DNA from: Marsupella aquatica
Lineage: Eukaryota; Plantae; Marchantiophyta
Assembly (NCBI GenBank): GCA_973895155.1
Contig: OZ316899.1
Location: forward strand, 10,877,135-10,941,134
Direction: 5' to 3'
DNA: 64,000 nucleotides
The notes under the pieces are model-generated. The model made no database searches. It was not told the DNA's origin and was given only the letters and a program-made list of their open reading frames with translations. The translations under genes and the position numbers were made by a program. Of the stretch, positions 51,310 through 63,152 are shown piece by piece (position 1 is the first letter of the stretch; the number at the start of each line of letters is the position of its first letter).

Positions 51310-52428
51310 CACTTTCAATGGGCTGTTGATGTGGTGTACATGCCAAGAGAGAGCAATGGGGCAAGATACTTGGTTTTGGCAAGAGAAGACTTGTCTTCTT
51401 ATGTGGAAGGGAGAGCACTGGTTTCGAACACTACTGCTGCCGTTTGCCAGTTCATACTTGAGGATATCATTGCAAGGCATGGGTGCTTTACAAGGATCAG
51501 GGCTGATAGGGGGGAGCTCAGCTCTAAGGAAGCGCAAGAGTTTTTCGACCAATACCGCATCAAACTGAAGCTGACTTCAAGTTATAATCCGGAAGGCAAT
51601 GGGAAGTCTGAAAGGGGGCACATCCAGATTGTGGGCGCTTTGGCTAAGGCTTGTGATGGGGACTTGGGCAGGTGGTCGAGTCTCCTTCCACTTGCTCTGC
51701 TAGCGGATCGGATGACATGTAGCTCAGTGACCGGATACATTCCGGCTGAGCTACTTACTGGGCACTTGCCGATGATGCCACTCGAAGAAGATGTTTGCAG
51801 CTGGCGACTGATTGGTTGGAAAGATGAAGTTTCAAGAGAGGAGTTGCTGGCTCGAAGAATCAAACACTTCAACTTGTTACTCGCAAAGATTGAGGTGGCT
51901 CGGAAGCAATTGAAGATGGCAAGGTTAAGGAACAAGGGCAGGTTCGATAGGACTCATCGGTTGAGACCTGTCTTGGTTAAGGAAGGGGATTGGGTTCTGG
52001 TTTACGAAAGTAAGTTGGACGAGCAATACTTGAGCCGAAACAAGTTTGCTCGGAGGTGGCAAGGTCCGTATGTGGTGGTTGTTGTTCATGCAAATGCGAC
52101 CTACACTATTCGGGAGTTGGATGGGACGGTTCACCAAGTACCTTACGTAGGGAAAAGGGTGAAGATCTTCAAGAGGAGGACCGAGAAGGGAATGGACTCA
52201 AGTTCCAACTTGAGTGAGTTGGAAGACGAGGCGCTGGTCCAGGCACATCCGATGGACTTGAGTTTCAGAAGTGACTTGACTGGTTCCGATTCGGATGAGT
52301 TGGATTTCAGGTTTCTGGAAAGTGGAGTGCCTAAGGCCGAGTTTGAAGGCTTTGGGTTTAAGTTTCTTGAGGAGGAAGTGGTCCAGGCGCATGGCTCGAG
52401 TTTAGACTCAGACTTGGAGGAAATATGA
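51310..52428 (+). CDS. gypsy A integrase core and C-terminus, open frame, 5'-truncated
   Basis: Closely matches 3801-4860 but lacks its duplication and deletion. Confidence 0.9.
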   Translation, partial: HFQWAVDVVYMPRESNGARYLVLAREDLSSYVEGRALVSNTTAAVCQFILEDIIARHGCFTRIRADRGELSSKEAQEFFDQYRIKLKLTSSYNPEGNGKSERGHIQIVGALAKACDGDLGRWSSLLPLALLADRMTCSSVTGYIPAELLTGHLPMMPLEEDVCSWRLIGWKDEVSREELLARRIKHFNLLLAKIEVARKQLKMARLRNKGRFDRTHRLRPVLVKEGDWVLVYESKLDEQYLSRNKFARRWQGPYVVVVVHANATYTIRELDGTVHQVPYVGKRVKIFKRRTEKGMDSSSNLSELEDEALVQAHPMDLSFRSDLTGSDSDELDFRFLESGVPKAEFEGFGFKFLEEEVVQAHGSSLDSDLEEI

Positions 52429-52473
52429 AGGATTGGAGCAGACCAGAGGCTGCTCAGGTTTAGTGGGGCAGGA

Positions 52474-52957
52474 TGTCGTGCCGAATGCTTTCGGCTCAGG
52501 AATGGCTTTTATAGGGGATGATGGACGAGGCTTCCCGATTGGGTTGCATGCATGCTGACTCGGAGGGGCTGCTTGGTTGGATGGATTGAGGTTTGGTGAT
52601 TGGGTGACTCGTCGTCACCAGGTTTGGTGTTTGGGTGAGTCACCAGGCTTGGAGTTTGGATGAGCCTCGCTGATGGCAGCTAGCTCAGGCTGGATGGTTG
52701 GGTTTCTGATGCTACTTAAGACTTGAGCCTCGGCTCATTGAGGTTGCCGGTTGTCTATTCAGGTCGGTTGAATTACGTTCTTTGAGTTCCGCTCCGTTCT
52801 GCGGGACTCGGCTGTTGTGCGTCGGTTTTGGAGTTCTGAGCGAGTTTTTGATCCAGGCGGGAAGTTTCTCGAGTCTGGAGTCTCGTTGATCCAGGCGGGG
52901 AGTCTCTCGAGTCTGGAGTCTCGTTGATCCAGGCGGGAAGTTTCTCGAGTCTGGAAT
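52474..52957 (+). repeat. Other half of a gypsy A 3' LTR, with a ~38-bp unit repeated about three times (52848-52955)
   Basis: PPT GGGGCAGGA|TGTCG. Repeat unit TTGATCCAGGCGGGAAGTTTCTCGAGTCTGGAGTCTCG. Confidence 0.88.
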
Positions 52958-53737
52958 GGCTATATGATGTCTTATAAGAACCAGGGCTCTAGCTTTTTGT
53001 TGGAGGGTGGAGCCTGCATCTGTCAATATCGTGTCTTGTAGATCTTTGGACGTGAGATGTGCCTCAACGTCCAACGACCAAGATAGATAATTAAGTCCAT
53101 CTATTGACAATGCTTGGAAATGCAATTTCTCCATGGAATTAATTGGATGAAATTTTGTTTGTGCTTTATGGAGGGTTGGCCGTATCCTTGCAATTTCCGT
53201 TGGGAAGTGATACAAATAAGAAGTAATTTGTAATTTGATTGCGATTGAAAATGCATGTAAGGGTGATCAAATCCCTTGCCTTGTTGCACGTGCTTTATCA
53301 AATTGCTATCGTCTTGAGGCTTGGATCTGCAAATTTCCCGTGGGTGGGGCTGCTGTGGATTGAATTAATTGCCCCACTATGGGAAACTTTTTGCCTTCCT
53401 TGATTCTAGTGATCCAATTTAATGAATCCCTCGTAACCCAATCAACTGCAAATCGTTGGTTCGGCTACAAGAAAACAAAAATCATGTTGGATTTGATCAA
53501 TCCAAAATTAATTGGGTTCGCTACCATCTCTAAAAAGAAAATCTAATGCCCTCCACCAGCTCGTGCTGATAACGTGTTCTACTCCATAGATTACACCAAC
53601 ATCAATATCTCTTCTATTAGGGATGAAAGCCTTTATGTGTTACATGATGAGGCGGTTAGGTAACTACCTTAACCTCTAAGTATTACATTAGGGTCTAATG
53701 TAATGGTCACTTATAGTGTAATCTACATGTCATAACA
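52958..53737 (-). mobile_element. 5' end of a Bianca-like copia: short LTR (~53575-53737), PBS and gag N-terminus
   Basis: PBS CGTTATCAGCACGA at 53561-53574 (minus). gag MEKLHFQALSIDGLNYLSWSLDVEAHL starts at 53134. Confidence 0.85.
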
Positions 53738-53879
53738 AAAATATCTTTAATTTTGTATTTTTGTAGATTTGCAATGGTAAGTTTATCTTTTCTAATCATC
53801 TGATCTTGGATTTTTTTGCTGGGTCTTGTCACCTCTACTCTATCCTTAATTGTGTCCGGAGAACTTACCCCCCCCAACT

Positions 53880-55312
53880 CTAGTGAATTAAATTCAAAAC
53901 AAAAAGATGTTCTGTAGAGTTGTTTCCACTCTCCACATTTTCTGTAATTATTTCATGAACACCCTCACATCCCAGGATCTCTTCAACAACATTTGAGATT
54001 ACAACAGTCTCTCTATCATTTGCAGCCTCTGATCTCTCTTCAGAGTCTTTCGGAAATGCAATCAGTGTTTGGAGATTTCTAGTTTGAAATCTTCTAATGG
54101 TATTCACAACTTCAGTCGGAGTACCGCCCACTTGTCTCTGAGATTGTAATCCTAGCCTAGGTGATTCTTCTCGACTTGAGGGCTCATCTTGACCATTGAA
54201 TAATCTTTGGACAAGCTTCAATTTGCCATGTACCTTTGAATTATCAAGCCCTCTCTCCGGCAACTCACTTCGCAACAATCTCCGAGGAATTTGCTAGACA
54301 CTAGATCTCTTCCCTCTTTTGTTCTGCACTTGTCGTCCAGTGGAAGATCCAAAAACCTCACACTACATCCTTGCCAAAGGGCTCCAAAGCCCCAAGATGT
54401 TGTTTGTTTGACCACTTGGTAAAATAACTGATGGGAATAACGACTGGGATCCCAACTCGTATTCATCCTTCAGGACTTCAAAGTGAAAACTGCCCGACTT
54501 GCTGTTCTACGTCATAACTCGGTAATTTTCCGTTGCGCAATACAAATTGGGATCCTTGTATCCCATATATTTTGCATTCCACCATTGGAACTCGGGTTAG
54601 AATTCCGCAAGACTGGTGAATCGGGCACAACATTCTGCAAAATACCACTAGGGAATACTAAGTGGGATCCATGGATCCCACTTGGTATTTGACCCATGGA
54701 ATTTGGTACTAAAGGAGACGAGATAGGCAATTTGCGTTCACCATTTCTCAACTTTCAAGAAGGGAATACCAAGTGGATCCCACTTGGTATTTGACCCACC
54801 AAATTTGGCTTGGAGGCTGCCCCTCCATGCAATTCTGACACATTTGGACTCCTCATTTGCTCAAACTGTGATTGAACACTGGACACAACTATCTTCTCTC
54901 CCGGAGAACGTGACATTGGAAAAACCAACGGAGATCTTCGGACGGGCCTACATGGTAACATTGTTTTTGGTATTAAAAATTGGGGCCTTTGTCTTCGAAG
55001 ATCTGTCAGGGTTTGAGGAGAACCACTTGTCTCTGTCGTAGGAATTACATTAGGCTTCTTCACAAGTAGACGGCGTTTAAGAGGTTTACTTGGAGAGACA
55101 TAGTATGATGTCGGAGCACCCACAACACTCCTACAAGACTCTGAATCAGACTCTGATTTCTCAAATTTTGAGGAAAATGAAATCTTTGGCACTACTCTTT
55201 GTGAGGTTGGTAATTCATTCATCAAACGAGATGGAATAAATTTGCGAACAAAATCTGGCGAAGATGCATCTGAACTGTAAATTGACTCATCACTTGAAGA
55301 CGCCATAGACAA
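53880..55312 (-). pseudogene. Decayed Ser/Pro-rich ORF of unknown function
   Basis: Consecutive minus-strand ORFs 54755..55312, 54512..54751, 54218..54466 and 53880..54278. Confidence 0.4.
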
Positions 55313-55860
55313 GCAAACAAGGTTGTATAGGGGTAGGTATTCCTATCCAACAAAGATAATTCAGATTACAATATTCTATGAAAACAACTACTCAACACTA
55401 AACAAACCTCAAAGTAATTGCAAGAAATGAAGTTAAAAACAATTGCGAGCTCTTCCTTTCATAGATTTTGGGGAGGATTGGTCCATACAAGGGTCGTGGA
55501 AATTTAAAATTTAGATTTTCTAGGAAGTCGTCATGCTTGGTTTTATTCAGTCGCATGTTTTTTGGACTTGTACAAAGAAGTGGGATCCGTGGATCCCTCC
55601 TCGTATTCAAACTAGAATATCAAGGCATGCAATGCAAAAAGTTTAAATTGTAGAGGTCGAATACTAGATGGGATCCATGGATCCCATCTGGTATTCATCC
55701 TTGTGTTTTCCAGATCTGTTTTTGGACTTGCAAAAATAAATGGGATCCATGGATCTCAGTTGGTATTCATGTCAAAAAATCTCCTGATGCAGAGTTGGAG
55801 GTGGAAATGATTGAGGTTGAATACGAGAGTGGATACTTGGATCCTGTCACATATTTATCA
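54437..55860. repeat. Dispersed palindrome GAATAC-N4-TGGGATCCATGGATCCCA-N4-GTATTC, about eight variants
   Basis: Near-perfect copies at 54653-54690 and 55659-55696. Variants near 54437, 54539, 54763, 55575, 55734 and 55820. Confidence 0.85.
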
Positions 55861-56434
55861 TGCGTTATGGGCTAGAATATTTTTGGAGACGTCGTCAGGT
55901 TAACTTAACTAATTGTGTGGGTGGACTATAGTCCACGGTTAGTATTTCACAATTTTTGGTTTTACCTCAGTTAAAAATTCAAATATTGTTTACCCTTGAG
56001 GTTAAGTGGAAGCGTCAAGAGAATGATTCAGTGCGGTTTTGGTTCACATTCAATTGTTGAATCCAAAATGGGATACTCCATATCCCATTTTCAGTTTCAA
56101 TATGCCATTTTGATTGCAAAATGAAAACTTATATTTTCCTGGTTTTGTTTGACGCTCGGATTTAGATTTTGAAGGGATGACGTGAAAAACATTGGTTTTC
56201 CTGGTTTTGGTTTTTTGCCCTTTTTACAAGTGAAGTGTCTCAAAATTCTAGATTGTGACAATTGTTTGTTTTTGGGTCGACAGTATCTCAACTTCAAATC
56301 CGATGTTGGATGCAATTTTGGATTCATCTTGAAAATAGCATTTTTGATATTAATTTATGTGATGTTTTGCAATTTTTTGCGAAATCAAAAACACACTTCT
56401 TGTTTAGTGATCATACTTCTTTTTTGGTTCGTCA

Positions 56435-57246
56435 CTATGTTTGAGTCAACCTGAATCAAAGAAACAAGTCAGCGAGATCGCTAACCAGAGGAACAAAAAG
56501 AAGTTATCTTTCAATTGAGTGCTTGAGGGAATCGAAACAAACCTATTCAACGCATGCATGGCCGAATCAATCTGCACGAATGAGTTCTTGTCACCCTTGA
56601 AAATTTGGCAAACAACTCAAGGATGGTACTTGAGATCATGTGGATTCTCCTCTGCAAGCTACATCCACAAATAGAGATGATGGTTTCCATCAAAAACACA
56701 AAACATTTTGTCTTTCAAAATTTGAAAAGCCTCGTGAGAATCACATTCCCTCTTGAATTCATTGTTTTGAAGAATCCACATGTCATCCCATGACTCCCAA
56801 ATTACATCGTTGCACATTTGGACATGACCCTCTTTGTTTGTCATCTGAACATAAAATTGAGGAGCATCCTTGATGTATCCTTGCATCTAGAATCCAGTCT
56901 TGAGGGTCTCAATCACAGTCGAGTTTGTCTGCAAGGACCAAACAATCTGTATATTTTGCATTCTGCAAAGCAGAATCCTCAGAGGAGCGAGGGGGAATCC
57001 AAATTCATCAACTCCAAAAGGAAAAAGATGTTGATTGATGACAACAGAATAGGGTTCTAAAGCGCCTGGTTGAAACATTGGATTCACAACATCCACTTGG
57101 TTCACCATCTTTGGTCTCTTTGGTATTTTCAAACCCACCTCAAGCGCCTTCTTGTTTGTAGTAGACCTTGTCTCCCTTTGGCTTGACTCGACTGACTTGA
57201 ACGATCCTATTGATGAGAAGCTCTTGGGTGAAGACATTGGTTCCAT
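56435..57246 (-). pseudogene. Short ParB/Srx-like paralogue
   Basis: GYIKDAPQFYV..MFCVFDGNHHL..AMHALNR is homologous to exon 1 of the 59-62.6 kb gene. It has an intron at the same position, then a stop. Confidence 0.7.
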
Positions 57247-59059
57247 CAGCGGGCCCGTAACGTGATAAGGGTATGAACACCTTCAAGGAGGAGGGCGACA
57301 CGCTTTGAGAATGAAAAGAAACCCTCCAAACTTTGGAATCAATCATCCAATTAAGGACAAAATTGTACCCGCCTCTGTTGCTTTCACTTGAATGCAAGAC
57401 CCGGTCGCAAAAAGAGATACAAATATTCTAGACGATGCTCATCACAATCATTTTTCATACACCGTCGGGGATACATGTACTTCCAAAAATACAATCAACC
57501 AAACTCATGATTGAAGCAAAAGTATCGAATAACATAGAGACAGGTGTCCTTTAATCCATTGTACCGTTGACATCTAGGTACCCGTTGACCAATTCCAACG
57601 AATATAGACGGTCATAATGGACACATTTAAGAAACTGTTTTTTCTAGCAACATTGCTAGCCAAAAATTGGTCATTAATTCCACCAGGTTGTGGAGGGTGT
57701 TTTATACGTTTTTGAACCATTTTACGTGGTTGTTTGAGCTAGCAATCTTGCTAGCTTTACCATTCCTTAAATAGTTGCATATAAGACAAAATAACAGTCA
57801 GGTAACGGGCAGATGGGTCATTTATTAAATAAAGACGTTTAGCCAAATCCCTAGATGAGAACATTTTCCCATATGTATATTGGGAACTAGGAGGACAACA
57901 TATCTCGCAATTGAGGATTGTTGGAGATTCTCATACTCAAAACTGTTGACATGTCTTCTCTGGAATCGAAGGTTGTGGTTGAGAGAAAGAAGACGGGTGA
58001 TGTTGTTGTTCTGGATGATCCGACAATAATGTGATCTCCGTGAAGGAGTCTTTCCTGTTATCAAGGTTTGGGCTTTTGGAAGATGATTTCATCTGGAAGT
58101 TGTTCCTTCTTTATTCTAGGAATGGGTCCAAAAATCACGAGTTGCCGAATAATGAGGTATTCTATTGTGCGAGCAAACAGGAGTTTTGCTAGCGAGGACA
58201 ACAAGGGGTTTGTATGGTGCGAGGAAACATGAGATATTGACAACAAGGTTAATGGTTGCTAGCGAGGTAAAACTAATGGTCAGAGTGGCAAATTGGGAGT
58301 ATAGTGAGACTTCTACAACAGAAATGAACCTTTTTTCCATAATGGGATCATACAATTTTATGTCCAGCGAGGTCGCTAGCCTTCAATCATTGACAAACCA
58401 TATGAATAAACACAAGCTAGTAAAACACCAGGCGGATATGAAAAGGCATAGTCAATGAATCAACTCAAATTTCAAACCCGTTTCAAAGTCATATTTCCAA
58501 AAAGTGTACTGCCTCCAATACTTTGTCAAAACTGACAGTAAGTGAGTAAACTGTCTAGGGATATCGTTCTATTCCCTCAGAAAATCATAAGTCACTTGAA
58601 TGACTTTTATCCGACTCTATATCATTCCTACTACTAGTATTGCTTTGGTCACTACTGAAATCCCGATCAGTTGACTTAGCAGACTCATCAACATATTGCT
58701 TAACAAGGCATGCCTCATCATCAACAAAAGGCAAGCAATATAATTTTTGTCTGGCGCCACGATGTGACCTACGACCTTTGCCTTCCCAGGAGATTACAAA
58801 AGCATCATCCGATTGAATTGCCGACTTCTCTGCATAGCAAGGCAGAGTAAACGTCTTCTGAGGAGAAACAATGCAAGATTCTTCAATCTTCCTTCGAAGC
58901 CAAAATCTCTCTTCAGAAAACCAGTCGACACGAGAATCTCTGAAATCATGAAAACAATGAGAGCACTATCAATGAAATATCCAACAAAAGACAATAGCAA
59001 GCTTCACCAACCAATTGATTAAAGCAAAGGGATCTGGTATAAGCGAGAGGACCAATACA

Positions 59060-62000
59060 TTACTCCAGGTCAAATTCATCATCCCCATCTTTTGCATCAG
59101 GAACATTAGGAGCCCCATCTTTGTTTTTTCCACTCTTTGATCCTGCAAGAGAAAATTCATCCTCTGAATCAAAGTCCTCCAATGTTTCAGTGAGGTCTTC
59201 AATTTTCTTGTGTCTCTCAAGAACACTCTTCAATGCCTTCTCTGCAGCACCATGGAGAACATCCCTATCCTCGACCCCAACAACGAACCTCCCGGAGAGT
59301 TCTCCAGCTGAAAATGAACTGCCGTCTCCAATATTCCAATCAAGCACAATGTCTCTAGGCTTTGTGAGAAGCTCCATCACAGCCTGCATGAATCCAACAG
59401 ACAACCAAGAGGAACCAGAAAAAGCTAACTCTGCCTTGGTATCCCTTTTTGGATAACAAAGACTCAACATCGTCTTATGTGATGCATCTTCAGACGTTCC
59501 CAAAGGGACATACTTCAGGTCTTTTGGGATCTTCCCATTGAATTCCACTCGACAAAAGACATCCAGGCTTAAGTTGCAAACCTGGAAAAGAACAAAAAAC
59601 GTCAATTAATGAATCCAGGAAGGCCAGCGAGATCGCTGTCAAAAAAAACATACTAAACCATGCATATTTTACACAAATCTCACCTCAATGTTCATGTCTG
59701 GCATCCACATTGGGGACCCCAATAAAACGTGGTACTTCCGAAGGTGTTTAAATTTGTTCCTCTGTTCAAAAGCAGCAAAAATTTGCTTTGTGTGGTTAAA
59801 TTCTCCACTATGGAGAACGGCCACATACCCATCATCGGCCAACATGGGCCTCATCACTCCAAAGAAATAGTAAGGGAGCTTCTCAACCCAGACATTCCAT
59901 GGGGGAACGTCCACATCGGTAACACGAGGCCTCAGCCCAGTCGGAAGAGCTATGAACCCCAGATGGGCACTGGTCCCAGTGTAAGGCTTCCCGTTGATTT
60001 TTAAGGGATTCGGGTGTTCGGAAGAACTTGAAATCTCCGAAAGCCATTGATCCCCCTCCCCCATCCAAGAAGGTCGAACCTTCTTCATACTTATCGAGTC
60101 AGCCATCAAGCGCAGATTACTCTTTGCAAGGAAATGTTGCCTTCCATCCAACTGGAGTCCACAGAGCCTGGTGACACCCTCTTGGATTGAAATTTCTTCC
60201 TCATCAGAATCTGACAACACTTGAACCTTTCGCTTCTTCTTCAACCTCTGGGACCCTGACTTATCACCTCCCGGCTTAGTCACAATTTCAAAATCGGGAG
60301 ACTCAGGCTCAACAAGATCCTCCTGGCGACCATTAGTCATAGTCTGAACACTCTCGGAACCCAAAGACTTCCTCCTTTTTGGATACAAAAAGCAACCTAA
60401 GAGCCTCAGGATATGTCATAAACTTAATCAGAATAGCAGCTTGGGAGAGGTAATAGAAGTAAGCTTCAGAGAGATAAGGATATACTTACTTCTCTTTCCA
60501 GAAATCATAGAGCCATCTTTTGATACCTCCTTGGCAACATCCCTCTTCAATTTCCGAGGGCGGCTCCTATCAACAGTTGGTGCCACCCCGAGGCATGCCT
60601 GCTCCATCGACACACAGCCAGCAATTTCTACTTCCGGGTTGCACAATTTAGATTCACTAATAAAGAATTCTGGGACCAAGCCATGATTGATCTTTTGAAG
60701 CGCAACTTTCTCTGTCACATCAAATGTCAGTGACCAATTTTCCGAATCTAAATACCAGGGACAATGCAACACCTCCCATTCACTTATCTTCCGCAAGGGT
60801 TCAATGTCCTCAATAGGGTACATCGAGTACTCCCCAAACTTCTCACAACCGGAATCATCTCTTGCATATTGCGCCCATTGAGAGAAACATGCAGGATCAC
60901 ACCACCAAAAAGATCTATTTGCTACCTCCCGATCAACAAAAAACCTGTAAACATATCTTTTTGCCCTCCGTCGAAAAGCAACAATGCCAATCTTCTCCCC
61001 AACTTTCGGGTTCCAGATGCTCTTAAAGAACCTTACCTTAACCCGCTGCAGGAAATCCTCAAACTCATCATCAATTTCAACAAGGAGGGATGCCTGACTA
61101 TTCTCTGGGGAAGAAAGAATTCTAGATTTAGGGACAATGAGAATAATATCAGAGATTGCTTCACTTAATAAGCACCTCGCAATGGACTCTACCTGTTCCC
61201 AGCTGGTTGCCCATCGATGCAAGCAGAGCTTGGTCTCACTATCCAAAAATTGAGATGGGTGGAAATATTGTTTACGCAACTCTGGTCTACACTGTGCTTC
61301 GAGAAGAGCGCAACGGAGTTGTGGACTCAGAGAAGTTACCCCGGTAAAAAGCCTTGCATAATCAAGGCCACACGAAACATTCCCTCTCCCATTATCATCT
61401 GTCCGCTGAGCTTCCTTCCTTTCTTTCTCACAATAATTGTGCATCTCAACACATTTCTTGAAGAAATCCCCAAAGTCTAGATTCAGAAGCAGGGCAAACT
61501 TTGGAACTTTGACATTCCAGTCAGAGAGTTGCTCCTTCATCATATCTCAAATTGCAATGTCCTTCGCAGCTTTTGACAGAGGTTCACCAAGTTCCTCCTT
61601 TAGTGCAAACTTCTTGAGTAAGTCAGCAGTTTGCAAAGCTATGTTTGTTGCTGAAAGAATATAAATACATGCATCTAAGGTCATATGCTTCGAATACCAC
61701 GACGGCTTCTTCACATTTTGCATCTTCTGCTGAAATAACTTGAAATTCTCTGGATCAATTAAATCTTTGTAAACTAAGAGGTTGGTGCACAAAATCTTTT
61801 GGACCCGATCAGCTTCCAGCACCCACAAATTTTTGACATGGCATTGTGACAACCTGACAATGAGGACAGAATTCAGAAAACAACAAGAACAAATCATGCA
61901 CGAAAGATGGAGGAAAAAGATCAAATGTGTCAAAGATCTTCTCACCGGTTGAGAGCATGCATTGCAAATTCAATCTGCATGAAAGTATCCTTCTCTCCTT

Positions 62001-62656
62001 TGAATATCTTCGAGACAACTCGAGGATGATATTTGACATCGTGAGGATTCTCAGCAGCAAGCAGGTTCCACGAATAGAGACGGTGATTGCCATCAAAAAC
62101 ACAAAACATTTTATCCTTGAGCACAGCAAAATCAGGATGCAAATCACACTCCCTCTCAAAAGCTTCATTCTGCGCCAACCACATTGGATCCCAGCCCTGT
62201 CTGATTGTGTCGTTGAGAAACTGCACGTCGCCATTCTCATTTGTCATTTGTACATAAAAACGAGGGTTTAGGGCGCGCGTCCTCAATGTACCCTTGAGCC
62301 CGGAACTCATTCTTCAAAGTCTCAATTGCATTCGAATCTGTCTGAAGAGACCTCACAAGCTGCATGTTCCGCATTCGACACAATGGAATTCGAGGGGGAA
62401 CCAGAGGATACCCACATTTGTCCGGCCCAAACTGGTAAAGATGGCGGTTAATGACAACTGAGAAAGGCTCGGACTTGGCAGAATCCATCGAAGGTGGCAC
62501 AATATCCATAGGATCAACAAGCTTTCGCCTCCTTGGAGTCTTCAGCCCCAAAGCAAGTGCTTTGTGGCTTGTAGAACTCCTGGTCTCTCAACGTTGAGAG
62601 GCAGCTGATTGTGAGGCAACGGATGAAATAGACTCAGGGGATGCAAAAGTTGCCAT
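59060..62656 (-). pseudogene. Spliced gene: ParB/Srx-like domain, helical region and beta-class DNA methyltransferase-like domain
   Basis: VFDGNHR; AHLGFIALPTG..DVPPWN..MRPMLADDGYVAVL; FMQAVMELLTKPRDIVLDWNIGDGSSFSAGELSGRFVVGVE. In-frame GT-AG introns at 61854-61945, 60397-60489 and 59582-59683. Two in-frame TGA stops and one frameshift. Confidence 0.7.
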
Positions 62657-63116
62657 CGACTGATAAGGAGAGGAGAACCGCGTAAACGGAATACAAGGAA
62701 TTGGTACGGTGATTTGCAAAGGAATCCAAAGTCACATGTGTTAGGAATCCTAAGCAAGATATCGGGGGAATCCAAAGTAACCTACAGTGTATCTAACATT
62801 GATAGGGAATATCAGTATTTAACACCTTCATGCCAAAGATCCCGCTGGTGCTAACTAACGTTAACAAAGCATCAGTTAACGTTAAGAATGAGTCTAATTA
62901 CTGCTTAACAACAACTCGTTTGGATGAAATGTACATTTGACTCCAACGGTTTGAGTCAATTACTCTATAGTTGACCAACTTGGGTTGGGTGTCCGTTGAA
63001 AATAACTTGGGTTGGGTGTCATACAAAATATGCCGATGGATGTAGAAAAGGAAGTTTTTATGAAATTTACTCTTCAAAATGAAGTTAACCCTTCCAACGG
63101 TAATATAATTTTGTCG

Positions 63117-63152
63117 TTAGATGACTGATTAGATGACTGATTAGATGACTGA
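63117..63152. repeat. 12-bp tandem repeat, three copies
   Basis: TTAGATGACTGA x3. Confidence 0.9.

Noticed and set aside
59060-62656. Bacterial or phage contamination as the source of the ParB-MTase
   Set aside because: The gene has in-frame GT-AG introns and sits among plant-type retrotransposons.
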